Source: Epithemia pelagica (Eukaryota; Protista; Bacillariophyta). From it: 64,000 bases of DNA. Of the stretch, positions 44,701-55,711 are shown in pieces. Location: the NCBI GenBank assembly GCA_946965045.2, contig OX337233.1, forward strand, positions 310,001 to 374,000, written 5' to 3'. A model generated the notes under the pieces. That model searched no databases. It had not been told where the DNA came from and worked only from the letters and a program-made list of their open reading frames with translations. Made by a program: the position numbers and the translations under genes. How positions within the stretch are numbered: position 1 is the stretch's first letter; each line of letters opens with the position of its first letter.

Positions 44701-47700
44701 GTCAAAACTGCTACGGATACTACACAGAAGCTAGCAGACAAAGGGACCCATTGTATCTTCGTCGGCTACTGTCGAGATCATGCCGGGGATGTTTACCGCA
44801 TGTTTAACCCCCATACCAAGAAACTTCATGTGACTCGCGATGTAATCTGGTTGCGACGGATGTATTTTCTCCCACCGGAAAATCCACCACACTTGATGAT
44901 CACTCCTATACTACCACCTAATTCCAACTGTGATTCGGAGTTGCACCTCGACGGCGAAGACGACGCGTCCAATCGATCTAAGCCCTTTATTGAAGAGCTT
45001 GAAGACGATTCTCCAAACCAAAATATCGCGGACACTCCCATGGTCGAAACCATTGATCAAGCGACAGACGCCGATGAAAATGTGAGCGCAATCACTTCTG
45101 CTACACCTCGACAACATCAAGTCACGCGAACAGGTCGTCATATTCGTCCACCACGACGTCTAATTGAAGAGTATCAATGTGCTGGGATCAACTATAATGA
45201 GTTATCCCTTACACAGTCGGAAATCAACTACTATTCCTCCATGGCCGAACTGGGCCACGAAGACTCCGACTTCAGTGAGCAGCCTGAATCCGACGGCTCA
45301 CATGACCACCATGACTCAAGTGACGATGATTCAAGTAACTACGAAGAGATCCAAGAGGAGTCGAACCTTGACCATCACTCCGACATCAGTGCAGCCTTTC
45401 TTCATGCCGACCTTGTGACCGACATCAGCCATGCGTACCAACAAGTGCCTCTTGACCCCGAATACCAAGCTCCTGAATTCCCTGTTGATTGTGAAGCATC
45501 TGGCATGAGCCCCAACTCATCACCGTTTGCCCGAGAATGTGCACTCGTCGGTGCAGGATTGGGCGGAGGAATTCAAAACACCCGAGAGCTCCATGTTTTG
45601 ACATACGAGGAAGCCATCAATGGACCCGAGCGTGAACAGTGGCTTGAGTCCATTGAAAAAGAATACCAACGGATGATCGACAATGGTGTCTTTATCCCCT
45701 GTGATCCTGTCGAAGTCCCAGCTGATGCCAAGATTCTTAGCAATGTGTGGGCCATGAAAAAGAAAGCAAGTGGTGCGTTTCGCGCACGATTAAATGCCCG
45801 AGGGTACGAACAGGTCGATGGGGAGCACTATGACAGCCATGCCACGTTTGCTCCAGTGGCCTCCGAAATGACCATTATGATCATTTTTGTTTTGATCATA
45901 TTAGCGAATTGGGTAGTCCATGTAATGGACGTCAAGGGCCCATTTCTGCTTGGCGACTTCGAAAAGGATCGGAAGATGTGGATGACCATTCCGAAAGGAA
46001 TGGAGTCCAAATATCCTCCTGGTTGGTTGATCTTCCTTGGCAAGACTCTATATGGCACAAAGCAAGCCGCTCGTGCCTTTTGGAATAAGGTCCAGGAAGT
46101 CATGAAGCTTATCCAGTTCTTGCGCAACCGTGCTGATCCATGCCTCTACTTCGCATGGACTGCATTCGGCCTCGTCATTTGGCTCTCGTGGGTGGATGAT
46201 TTCTTGGTCTGTGGGTCCGAAGCAGGCGTCCTTCACTCCAAAGCAGCTATGAAGGAACACTTCGACTGCGACGATTGTGGTGAATTGACCGAGTACATCG
46301 GTTGTAAGGTTGATCTTGACCGCGAACAGCGCACGTGCAAGTTCTCGCAGCCCGTTTTACTGCAGAGCTTTTCCGACGAGTTTGATGTGCCTTCCACAAC
46401 GCAGAAGTTTGCTACACCTGCAGCTCCTGGGGAAGTTCTCAAAAAGGACGATGGCACGGATGAGTTGAACGCAACACAACAGTCCATGTATCGGAGCGGC
46501 GTCGGTAAATTGTTGCATCTCATGAAATGGTCACGTCCTGACATTTTGAACTCTGTCCGCGAACTCTCCAAATTCATGAAGCAAGGCACTCAGCATCATC
46601 TCAAAGCAATGTATCGGGTGATGCGCTACTGCATGGATACTCCATTGTGCAGTAAGATTCTGCGCCCGGTTGGTTGTTGGGACGGTACCAAGGAAGGATT
46701 TGAGTTTGTTATTCGAGGCCGTAGTGATTCCGACTTTGCCAAAGACCCCGACAAGCGTCATAGTGTCTCAGGTATTTCTGTTTTTCTCCAAGACGCGCCA
46801 ATTTCCGAGTCCAGTCGGATGCAAGATTGTGTAACTCTTTCCGTTAGCGAAGCCGAAATTGTCGCTGCTGTGGAAACAGGCCAACGCATGCTTTTTGGCA
46901 TGCGAGTCCTCGAACAGATGGGATTGACCGTGCAAAAACCCATGATCTTGCAGATGGATTGCAAGGGTGCCATTGCTCTGACACACTCGTGGAGCGTTGG
47001 TGGCCGCACTCGACACATCGATGTGAAATGGCATTTTCTTCGTGAGATGAAGGAGGAAGGCATTATTCATACCGTTTGGCTGCACTCACCTGACAATTCT
47101 GCTGATCTGTTCACCAAGAACCTGCCTGGTCCAGATTTCCGCAAGCATGTCTCTGTCTATTGCTCCAATCTTGATCCTGCTTGTAATGCCGACGACGATC
47201 CTGTTACTCCGACCACCAACAATCAAGGCGCTCACGTTGAACCGCATCATGGATCCGAAACCGCCATGCTTGTTTACCAAGGTCCTCTTCCATTTTGGCT
47301 TAAATGCTTTCTTCACACACGATCATCCAAGTGACTCAGCCCCAACAGAAATCCAGTACACCACAGTGAAACGCCCATTGTCGAACATGCATCAAATCCA
47401 ATCAAACAACAATATCATCAGTCAGAAATCAAAATCAACAAATCGAATTCAAATCGCATCAACATTTATCACTTACACATCATCACGAACATCCGAATCA
47501 GGCAGGGCATCACTTTCATCGTTCATATACACTCACACCATGCACACAAGACGATCTTTCAAAATTTATGACATCAAGGACACTGAAGAATTTGGTTTCT
47601 GTGGACATTCGAGCGACACAATTAGGCAGGGTGTTGGAATCTTCAATTGAGTCGCTCTTCATGTCGTGGTCCCGAATCAAGTCAGTCGCACAACGAGACA

Positions 47701-47910
47701 GTGGGATGCAAACCGCATGGGAGGCGGTTATAGCTCATCTAGGTCTTGGACCATCTCGATCTCATCTGGCATAACAACATTCTCTCAATCCTAGTCGTAA
47801 TGCTCACTCTTTCTAAATCACTCAGTTTCGAAACCCTTTTGCATTACTTCTACGATTACCTTGCTTCTGTGCACAGAGGAGACCATCAGGGCCAATCTAG
47901 TGATCCAACA
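41702..47910 (+). mobile_element. Ty1/copia LTR retrotransposon B, full length, 6209 bp
   Basis: 279-bp LTRs (41702-41980, 47632-47910) with 1 mismatch; 5-bp TSD TTGGT; PPT ATTAGGCAGGG; empty-site paralog at about 5890-5920. Confidence 0.95.
42202..47334 (+). CDS. gag-pol: Gag-Pol polyprotein of copia B, intact, 1710 aa
   Basis: Two CCHC knuckles (CNFCQEPGHGYYQC, CEDCKVYGHSTQRC), PR (IADTGAT), HHCC plus integrase (LDNAGEN, PQQNSLAE), RT (RARLNARG, WVDD), RNase H (SDSDFA, EAE, RTRHID). Confidence 0.95.
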   Translation: MDLSSSDKTSTTIKVPTFSGKKADYPIWWMRFRSHARVHNFIGALSDTPEKELPSTEHEPIDESTDSGKASKKALNRNAMAVACLSMALQADDDLKLVMKSITSDWPGGRAHIIVKGLFRNYKSENIAAKMRIRQDVNKISMSNTMNPKILRKKISQIENRHNHELADDDLVAIVIEKAAPIYSTIVATEQRAKGSALTADDLIDAMMTQWNLHHDEDDDGEDGTESSLDQSASGGLSLQVTQTNPVCQAVGDPNSVPPQPFVVCNFCQEPGHGYYQCPLRSQASQQGTGTALAVGPGQQQYQQQQGYRPYNGQQQGQWRQPYQQGDRPRPYCEDCKVYGHSTQRCWENPANAQFRPPNWTSRRNRPQQAPSPSPPTSTPAQDIATVVASNTTTRPTTPTTPNGQSTPSSETRVEMLMSGIEFPHDLQLLRDPNIWIADTGATQHMTSHTHGIINLRRPEDPVSLVMANDTTESATVIGDLPGICCNRYGCELRSGQMSGVNILPSTAFNLFSISKMLKQGWSLSGSSEAIIITKGSMSVTFDIVIPTPDGMIFCLYFKRKQELTGHEIFGALPDIGPKKRQTMSLQDAHDKLGHIDIRKIKPIVEHLGFQLQSGEMEKCAACAAGKARRKNLPRSDTHANSEPEDPNVNRIYLDMSSVRPIKSHPTPRKNQWRMIVHGRTQLKFSAFYESKKAMVEPTCEFLHRWESNGLGATHVRLDNAGENILLQSRSQSADWKLNLNFEFTARNTPQQNSLAEVAISTIAMRGRAMMHRANVPMEYRSLLWTTAFDTATLLDGLVVIELDGVSKTRYEHWSGQLPRFAHHLRTWGEAGTVKTATDTTQKLADKGTHCIFVGYCRDHAGDVYRMFNPHTKKLHVTRDVIWLRRMYFLPPENPPHLMITPILPPNSNCDSELHLDGEDDASNRSKPFIEELEDDSPNQNIADTPMVETIDQATDADENVSAITSATPRQHQVTRTGRHIRPPRRLIEEYQCAGINYNELSLTQSEINYYSSMAELGHEDSDFSEQPESDGSHDHHDSSDDDSSNYEEIQEESNLDHHSDISAAFLHADLVTDISHAYQQVPLDPEYQAPEFPVDCEASGMSPNSSPFARECALVGAGLGGGIQNTRELHVLTYEEAINGPEREQWLESIEKEYQRMIDNGVFIPCDPVEVPADAKILSNVWAMKKKASGAFRARLNARGYEQVDGEHYDSHATFAPVASEMTIMIIFVLIILANWVVHVMDVKGPFLLGDFEKDRKMWMTIPKGMESKYPPGWLIFLGKTLYGTKQAARAFWNKVQEVMKLIQFLRNRADPCLYFAWTAFGLVIWLSWVDDFLVCGSEAGVLHSKAAMKEHFDCDDCGELTEYIGCKVDLDREQRTCKFSQPVLLQSFSDEFDVPSTTQKFATPAAPGEVLKKDDGTDELNATQQSMYRSGVGKLLHLMKWSRPDILNSVRELSKFMKQGTQHHLKAMYRVMRYCMDTPLCSKILRPVGCWDGTKEGFEFVIRGRSDSDFAKDPDKRHSVSGISVFLQDAPISESSRMQDCVTLSVSEAEIVAAVETGQRMLFGMRVLEQMGLTVQKPMILQMDCKGAIALTHSWSVGGRTRHIDVKWHFLREMKEEGIIHTVWLHSPDNSADLFTKNLPGPDFRKHVSVYCSNLDPACNADDDPVTPTTNNQGAHVEPHHGSETAMLVYQGPLPFWLKCFLHTRSSK

Positions 47911-48115
47911 TTGGTTGTATACGACAGAGTTTGAGGACGGTGAGATTTGGGACAAGATTGAATTTGGTGATATTCAGCACGCTGTCAGAGAAAAGAACGA
48001 GGCGCGTCCTCTACAGTCATAGTGATTGTAGTTTGTTACTGTTGGATTCCAGCAAAAAAAGCGACTTCTGCCAAACCATCTCTTGAATCTGATCGGTAGA
48101 GGCTGGCAAAGCAAT

Positions 48116-48622
48116 TCACACAGCGATAAAAACGGTCAACAAAAAGCAACGCTGTATTACATGAGTGATTATTCTATAGTTTCGCCATTGTAGGGCATAC
48201 ATGCAACATGTTGTACATTTCAGGATTATCCTTCCCTTGTTCATTGCGATGCGTATTGGTCGTGCTTCATTTAGATTTTTGACGTTGACGTGGTACTGCT
48301 CACACAGTCGTCGAAAACACAACGAATTCTTTTCTATAAGTGGTACTGTCGCGCAGGTAGGATTCTTGTCCCCACCAATGGCGGTAATTTGATCCGCAAG
48401 AGTCACTAGAATGCAGCGTTCAAGACGATTTCCAAAGGGTGGGAGATTCCACACGCGGGTGCGGTGCGTATCCAAGGTTTCCACAGTTGAATTGCGTCGT
48501 CGTCCCGCCACGACCAGCCAGGATCCCACAACAATCATTGCACAAGAACATCGTGGATAGGAAAGAACCAAATCAGAATAAGTGATCCATGGATGATGAC
48601 TCTGTGTCCTGCAAAGTGCCAT
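48116..48622 (-). pseudogene. Kelch C-terminal fragment, paralog of 6387-6650
   Basis: SDLVLSYPRCSCAMIVVGSWLVVAGRRRNSTVETLDTHRTRVWNLPPFGNR...CFRRLCEQ. Confidence 0.85.
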
Positions 48623-48847
48623 GATGCCACCACAAAGTCCCAGATTCTTGTCTCACGACCGCACGACCACGGCAGTGGCTCTTCCACATGTAGAGACAAA
48701 AATGTGGTCTTCCTTTCCCGCCTTTGACAACAAACAGGCACATTCTATCTTGCAACATAATCTTTCAACTTTTGAGTAAACCACTTACTAGGTTCTAGGA
48801 TTACAATCGAACATAGAAAACAAGTCAGTGACTTGAGAACAAAACGT

Positions 48848-50065
48848 CTAGTAGGCTTCATCCATCCCTTCATCACCACGGTGAGTATTGGACCTTGCGC
48901 GTTTACGAGTTGATGTCGATGTAAAGAAGGGTGAGATATCTTCATCTCGGATACCGGCATTTTCAAGAGAATGATACCATCCGTTCGATTGGTGCTCACA
49001 TAGTCGACGAAAACACCACGAATTCCTATCCATTAGTGGCAATGTCGCACAGGAAGGATTGCGGAGTCCACCAATCACGGCAACTTGATTGGCAACAGTC
49101 ACCATACTGCAGCCCCAACGATCTTCTTGCAGTCCAGGGAGATTCCACACGCGCTTGCAGTGCGTATCCAAGACTTCCACGGTTCGACTGGGTCGTCCCA
49201 CTACCACCAGACAAGATCCCACGGCAACCACTGCACAAGGGCTTCGTGCATTGGAAAGCCTCAACTCCGAATGAGTGGTCCAGGTGGGTGAGAAAGAAAT
49301 GAACGTCGAGCCAGTTTCCTTTTTTGTCTCATCACTGCGACATGGTCTTTCGAAGTCCAAATACTCAACCGAGTCAAGATTGCCGTCCTCGTTAAGGCCT
49401 CCAGCAACGACAAAGATGCGGTGACCAACGACTGCGCTGCCAAAAAATGATCGAAGAACATTCATGCTTGGTCCCGCAGTGACAGTGTGGTTGTTTGTAT
49501 CTATAATATCCACGGACGACAAATTACGATCGCTGTAGCCACCCATTACAACAATATACCGGCTGTGCAACGCAACCGCACAACATCCTCTTCGTGGCGT
49601 TGATAAGCGACATGTCAATGTCGTCCATTGGATCTCGTGTGTGCTGCTGGTTGTTAAAGATAATTGAAGTATATCCTTGGCATCGATTCGTTCCATGCAA
49701 TCCAAAGATCCTATATTGAATCCTCCAATCACGTAGATGCCGCCATTGCACACAACAGCGGCATGTCCTTCACGACTCTTGTTCATGGGCGGACCCTCTC
49801 GCCATTGCATGTCTGGGTCTGCCAGATTTAATAACAGAACGGAATCGAGACTGCCTGGATCTGCTTGATATCCGCCCAACACGACGACCGTTTGTCTCTT
49901 GCTGTTGCTATCTTTGTCAGTATCGAGATGATTTAGTACGACGGATGTATGATACTCTCGCGCTCCTCCCACAAGAGGCGGCCAGTCATTTTCATTCCAT
50001 TCAGCTGTCTCTTCCAAAAGGACAAGGCCCGACTGCCATGCTTGTTCTTTCAATGTCACGGACAT
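48848..50065 (-). CDS. Kelch-repeat protein (K8)
   Basis: ATG 50065 (MSVTLKEQAWQ); frame open to 50269; C-terminus nearly identical to K2. Confidence 0.9.
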   Translation of the reverse strand: MSVTLKEQAWQSGLVLLEETAEWNENDWPPLVGGAREYHTSVVLNHLDTDKDSNSKRQTVVVLGGYQADPGSLDSVLLLNLADPDMQWREGPPMNKSREGHAAVVCNGGIYVIGGFNIGSLDCMERIDAKDILQLSLTTSSTHEIQWTTLTCRLSTPRRGCCAVALHSRYIVVMGGYSDRNLSSVDIIDTNNHTVTAGPSMNVLRSFFGSAVVGHRIFVVAGGLNEDGNLDSVEYLDFERPCRSDETKKETGSTFISFSPTWTTHSELRLSNARSPCAVVAVGSCLVVVGRPSRTVEVLDTHCKRVWNLPGLQEDRWGCSMVTVANQVAVIGGLRNPSCATLPLMDRNSWCFRRLCEHQSNGWYHSLENAGIRDEDISPFFTSTSTRKRARSNTHRGDEGMDEAY

Positions 50066-51829
50066 GGTTCTTAACGTTTTGACCGCAGAATTTATGTGGA
50101 GTGCGTTTGCGGCTGTTGCGGGAGAGAATATAATAGAAGCATCAGGACTCTTAGAATACACGTGGAAGCTCTGGAGCCCAAATAGCGTCTGTCGTACGTA
50201 CGATATCGCACATAGACTTAATGACAGCACCACCATATAAGATGTATCTTTCCGCCAAAAGATGTGCAAATCCTATTCCCAATAACAAAAACAAAAACAA
50301 ACAATGGACAACATCCAAAAAAACAAGGCGTCGAAGCATCCTCATGTCTTTCTCGTTGACTAGCAAAAGGAAGTTGGGCAAACGACATTGTTCCATCCGA
50401 AAGCCATGTTACATGTTACATCAAAACGACCGACAGCCTTTTATAGAGCCAAGCCAGATGAGGACCCCACTGTCACGACAATTTAGAGAAACCAGCCTTC
50501 GGAATGAACAAAGCCAATTGTGGACGGGTGCATCTGCGGATGGGTCAGGTATGTACAGGATTGGAACAAGCCTCGAGTTTGGTCGACGGCCACTCAGCTG
50601 TGGTAGAACAACGAGTGGGGATGTTGCTTCCACCATTAACCACACACCAACAAGACACCTCCCTACAACGGCCACCACGAGCCAAGCTCTTCCCTGGCTG
50701 CATTTAGCAACCATAACAACTAGCACGACGACGATGGCCCAGCCACCAGACAATAGTAGCAGGACCATTGAGACACAACGACAAAGTCTCAACCACCCAA
50801 ACCACAACAACGGGCAACCGGCAACATCCACACCAACACTCTGGCACTTGCAAGTGGCACTGTTGCACCGAACCAATGACTCCCACCACCACATGGAACC
50901 ATGTTCCTCTTCCGCCTTGCAGCAACATGGCCTCAACTTCTGGTTGGTACCAGATGGTGTGTCTGTCACCACCAATGATGTGTCTTCGGCCACAAGCCAC
51001 CAAAGCATACAAGAAGGAAATCATAGTATCACGATCACAGGTGGCTCGCGATTGGGAGGCAATCAAACAACTCAGAACTAACGAGTCGCACAAGAAAACT
51101 GCAGAGATGTGCACTTTCTTGATTCATGTCTCGAACTGGCTATTCCGCATGGTCCAACAGTCATGATCTTTCGTGGTGACTTTGTGTCCTTGAGCGTTGT
51201 CGACCTCGGTAGACGCCTTTTGAAAATGGCCGACCCACTCATAAGAAACACAATGCTATCCAGATTCGAAGCGCACGTAGAGAGAGAAAGGATGCATCAT
51301 AGAAGCTACCAGCCAAACTTTCCAATACTCTCAAGCGCATGTTGTCGTTTGGTATACCGAGTTGGCCAAAAGTATGCTCAAACTGTCGACTTGAACCAAT
51401 GAAACACCGCAGTATGACTATTTATTTTGTATGCAGGAGAAGGGCAAAAAGAGCAACGGTGCGATACCGTGACCAACGTGGTCGCATGGCAATCCACGGG
51501 CACGAAGAAAGACGCAAAGGAAACATGGACCATCCAGACAAACGACAAACATAATCCATGGCAATTGCGAAGGCAAATATGACTCGATCTCTATAAGTTT
51601 ACAAGGAACCATGCTTTGGATACCCTCTGTTCCTTTCTCACCAAATCGTCCTTCCTCCAGTCCCCAATCTGCATTCTGCGAGATCCGATCCTGTCCACGA
51701 TAAACAAGAAACAGACACGCGAATTGCGCCATTTCGACAGCGACGAACAGAACCATTCAGGCACGACCGCCTCGGGCGACCACTGTTCCAACACGACCAA
51801 CTATTCATACGGTGTGGGTGGCTAGGCTT

Positions 51830-52330
51830 CCAAGACGGCCAAGACATGATCGGCCGCATTCGTGGTCGTGGTTTTCTTGTTTGTGCTGCTGAGTTCAGTG
51901 CGAGGCACAAGGTGGAGATAGAGTACTCTTGTACGACAGTGTTGTTTGTTGTTGTCGTGCAACAAGGTTTCAGCGGAACTGGCATTGAGGGGCACGACAT
52001 CGTGATGAGGAGGAGCTTGTTTCCAGGCATGAACAATCGAACAAGCAATGCTGCGACAGGAAGTAGTGGTGGTGGAAGTTTCCTGACTCGTTGTCGTCGT
52101 CATCAATGCTCACTTCCAAGGTGGAATTGAACACAGTCGGTTCCACGACAATGGCACCATCAGATTCGTCCAATTGGGGTATGTCAGGAAGAGGAAATAT
52201 GACGGCCTTCTTGTTTTGTGGCTGTGTTGGTAGTTCGGGAGGTTGTGGTGTGGCAACGAGAAGACTCGATTCCTTGTTTTCGTTCTGCTCCATTACGACA
52301 ACTTGCAAGATCATGGATCCGATATGGTGG
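51830..52330 (+). repeat. Dispersed repeat unit X, copy 5
   Basis: MIGRIRGRGFLV...VVVVQQGFSGTGIEGHDIV frame. Confidence 0.6.
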
Positions 52331-52960
52331 GTTTTTCTTGGCTTTGTTCTGGAGGAACTTGGCTGTCCTTGTTGCAACTGTCCTCCTGACGAGATGAAAT
52401 CTCAACCACAACGATGGCGATATTGCAGGGTTTGTATCGTGGCCTGTTCAACTTGCAAGGTATCGTAGCAAAGAGAGCCTTGCAAAAAGGGATGCGGTGT
52501 ACGTCCCTGGTCATCAAGTTCCTCCATGAGAGAAGGAAACTTGAACAAGAATCGAACAGCATCAGGTCCAATAAGGTTTTGCCTTGTCGTGTTTCTGCTC
52601 CTGCTCCTCTCATCATTGCTGGACCTTTGGATCCACCCGTTTCGTCCTTTTGTCGGCTTCATCAAACTCGAGACCATGAACCTAAAACAAATCGAGAAGC
52701 TGGACAAAACTCGTCCTTTTTGGAATGCACCACTGTCGGTTCTTGCCCTAGCTGCCACAGTTACCAATCCATGGACTATGTGGCACTGTCCCATAACTGT
52801 CGCGTCATCATACAAGTCGGATTGTTCCTTCCAGCCTTTGACAACAAACAAGTACCTCCTATCATGCAACGTGTTCTTTCTACTTTTGAGTAAACACTTA
52901 CTAGGTCCTAGGATTACAATTGAATGTAGAAAACAAGTCAACCACTCGAGAACAAAATCG

Positions 52961-54178
52961 CTATGTTTCATCAGACCCTTTCTCATTTTGGCGCGTATTC
53001 TGCCTTGCTCGTTTACGAGCTGATGTCGATGTGCAGAAGGGTGAGATATCAGCATCTCGGATACCCATACCTTCCCGAAAATGGTGCCATCCGCTAAGTT
53101 GCTGCTCACAGAGACGGCGAAAACACCACGAATTCCTATCCATTAGTGGTAATGTCGCACAGGTAGGATTGAATCCACCAATCACGGCAACTTGATTGGC
53201 AACAGTCACCATATTGCAGCCATCGCGGGGATTACCAGATGGCCGGAGATTCCACATGCGGTTGCGGTACGTATCCAAGACTTCCACCGTTGAATTGCCT
53301 CGTCCACCCGCCACCACCAGACAAGATCCCACGGCAACCATGGCACAAGAACTTCGTGCATTGGAAAGCCTCAACTCCGAATGAGTGGTCCAGGTGGGTG
53401 GGAAAGAAATGAACGTCAAGCCAGTTTCCTTTTTTGTCTCAACACTGTCACAGGGTGTTGTGCTGTCCAAATACTCCAGCGAGTCAAGTTTGCCATTATC
53501 GTTACAGCCTCCAACGACAAAGATGCGATGGCCAACGACTGCGCTGCCAAAATATGACCGAGGAACAGTCATCGATGGTCCCGCAGTGACTATGTGGTTG
53601 TTTGTATCTATAATATCCACCGACGACAAATAAAGATCGTTGTAGCCACCCATCACAACAATGTGTCGGTTGTGAACCGCAACAGCACAACATCCACATC
53701 GGCCCGTTGATAAACGACATTTCAATGTCACCCAACTGCTTTTACGCGTGCTGCTTGTTGTAAAGGATGATTGCAGCAAATCGTCGTCATCAATTTGTTC
53801 GATACAATCCAATGGACCTTCATCGTATCCTCCCATTACGTAGACAACGCCATTGCACACAACAGCAGCATGCTCGTAACGTTTCTTGTTCATAGGTGGT
53901 CCTTCTCGCCATCGCTTGTTTGGGTCTGCTAGATTCAATACAAGAACAGAATTGGTGCCACCTTGGCGTTGATGCCAACCTCCCATCACGACGAGGGTTT
54001 GTCCCCTGATGTTGTTGTTGTTGTTGTTGTCGTGATCGGGATGATTAATTACGACCGTAGCATGATGATAACGCCATCCACCCTCAAGAGGAGGCCAATC
54101 GTTTTCATTCCATTCTGGTCTCTCGTGGGAAAGGACAAGGCCCGACTGCCATGCTTGTTCTTTCAGTGTCATGCTCAT
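52961..54178 (-). CDS. Kelch-repeat protein (K9)
   Basis: ATG 54178 (MSMTLKEQAWQ); frame open a further 173 codons upstream to 54697; RKRAR tail. Confidence 0.9.
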   Translation of the reverse strand: MSMTLKEQAWQSGLVLSHERPEWNENDWPPLEGGWRYHHATVVINHPDHDNNNNNNIRGQTLVVMGGWHQRQGGTNSVLVLNLADPNKRWREGPPMNKKRYEHAAVVCNGVVYVMGGYDEGPLDCIEQIDDDDLLQSSFTTSSTRKSSWVTLKCRLSTGRCGCCAVAVHNRHIVVMGGYNDLYLSSVDIIDTNNHIVTAGPSMTVPRSYFGSAVVGHRIFVVGGCNDNGKLDSLEYLDSTTPCDSVETKKETGLTFISFPPTWTTHSELRLSNARSSCAMVAVGSCLVVAGGRGNSTVEVLDTYRNRMWNLRPSGNPRDGCNMVTVANQVAVIGGFNPTCATLPLMDRNSWCFRRLCEQQLSGWHHFREGMGIRDADISPFCTSTSARKRARQNTRQNEKGSDET

Positions 54179-54703
54179 GGTTGCAAAGGTTTCCACTGCA
54201 GAATTTTTGAGGATCGAGGCTCTGTCTTGTAAGAGGCACGTAGGTTTGCTCTGTTGTTGTGATTCTGATTGATGCGGACTGGAAGCACGACTGACTGCAC
54301 GAAATCGATGGACCAAAGAGGGGTAGGAGCTTTCGTCACGAGACAAATCGTGACAGTTGCTTCGATCGAGCTGTTCTTGTTGACACTGCGCTCTTGTTGT
54401 TCCACGGTCGGAGTCCAGCATGACGGGTGCCTGTCGTTGTCGTGGTACTGGCTCAGGTCGTTTCGTCGCCCTGTAATGTTCGGGATGCGTCGTCCTAGTA
54501 GAACACAGTGTTTCGTGGTGCCTCTCGCGAAGAACCCCAGCAATACGTCTCACTTTTCTGCCATTGTCCGAGCCCTGCCAAACGCCCTTGGGAACTAGCA
54601 CATCACACAATAGGGCATGTGCTCCTCCGTCATCCTCTCGACTCGTACAACAAGAATGGCTGGCCGGGCAGTGCCTGCAAACAAGGTTTGCTTCCAATCC
54701 ACT

Positions 54704-55438
54704 CTAGTAGTAGAACAACAATTTATGGGCAGGCTTTACGGACCAAAAGTGGGACTCTTCGAGTCTTCTAGTACCGAACAAGAAGAAAGATGACAAAAAA
54801 AGTACAATCCAGTTGCTACCGGCCATGCAGCGTAAGCGGAGAATGCCCGTTACAGTGATAAGGGTGATGTTTTGTTGTTGTTGTTGGAATAAACAAACAT
54901 GCAAGGAAGGCTCCAGTCTGTCTGGTTGTTGGTTCCTTACGCATACCGAGTCAACGAGAAGCAAGGACACTGTGTACAGGCCGTGGATCTTCTTATACGT
55001 GTCGTTGGGGAGTGGTCGACCCTCCGTAAGGGCCACATCGACACGTTCAAAGTCGTACAAGGAACACTGTCCCAACGCCTCCAATGGATTCATGTTGGTT
55101 GTTTTGGGTTTCTTAGATTGGAGGTACAACGACTCAAAGGGTGTTTTCCACACCAACGTGGTGGCATAGCCCTGCAACTCCACCTCATGGTTGTCTGTCA
55201 CAGGTTCCAATTCGGCGTCCTCATACAAGATTTGATTGATGTGACGTTGCAATTGTCGGGCCACACTGGCCACCGTGTCGTCCGAAAAAGCCAATCGGTC
55301 GGCAATCGATCCCATGATGCGCCATTGAGCTGTTGTTGACACTGCTCTTGTTCCACGGTTGACCATTGCAACCTCGTTCTTGTAACCATCAAAAGTCATC
55401 TCGAGCGGTATCGATTGCTGTAAAGTTGCGCAGTGCAT
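54704..55438 (-). CDS. Hypothetical ORF upstream of, and in frame with, K9
   Basis: 244 open codons; central part (MGSIADRLAFSDDTVASVARQLQRHINQILYEDAELEP...) looks protein-like; a deleted paralog is at 40061-40348. No family recognised. Confidence 0.35.
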   Translation of the reverse strand: MHCATLQQSIPLEMTFDGYKNEVAMVNRGTRAVSTTAQWRIMGSIADRLAFSDDTVASVARQLQRHINQILYEDAELEPVTDNHEVELQGYATTLVWKTPFESLYLQSKKPKTTNMNPLEALGQCSLYDFERVDVALTEGRPLPNDTYKKIHGLYTVSLLLVDSVCVRNQQPDRLEPSLHVCLFQQQQQNITLITVTGILRLRCMAGSNWIVLFLSSFFLFGTRRLEESHFWSVKPAHKLLFYY

Positions 55439-55711
55439 GTTGTGATGATGGTGGCGGGGTGGAACTTGGAACTATTAGAGATACGGCCGTCCACATTCCA
55501 CATCGTCCATTGTCGTCGACCCCGTTGTTCTCCACGCCACGAAATATTCCTTGCGTTTCTACCTAGGTAGTATCTTTTACTGTGATAAAGATTGTAGGTA
55601 CAGGCACGTCCTTGACTTCGTGAATGACAAGTAAAAAAACCAAAAGCACGACACATATGCGACCCGACTCCTCACCCCCGCTGGGGACTACTCCAATACA
55701 TCCACGAGACG

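Noticed and set aside
50221-51114. Overlapping 286-, 195- and 136-aa ORFs
   Set aside because: Compositionally biased, mutually overlapping on both strands, no recognisable motif; cannot support a gene call.
2014-54178. Kelch genes as KEAP1/KLHL or F-box-Kelch orthologs (Cys-rich blades)
   Set aside because: No BTB, BACK or F-box domain in any ORF. A redox-sensing role cannot be excluded but has no support beyond Cys content.
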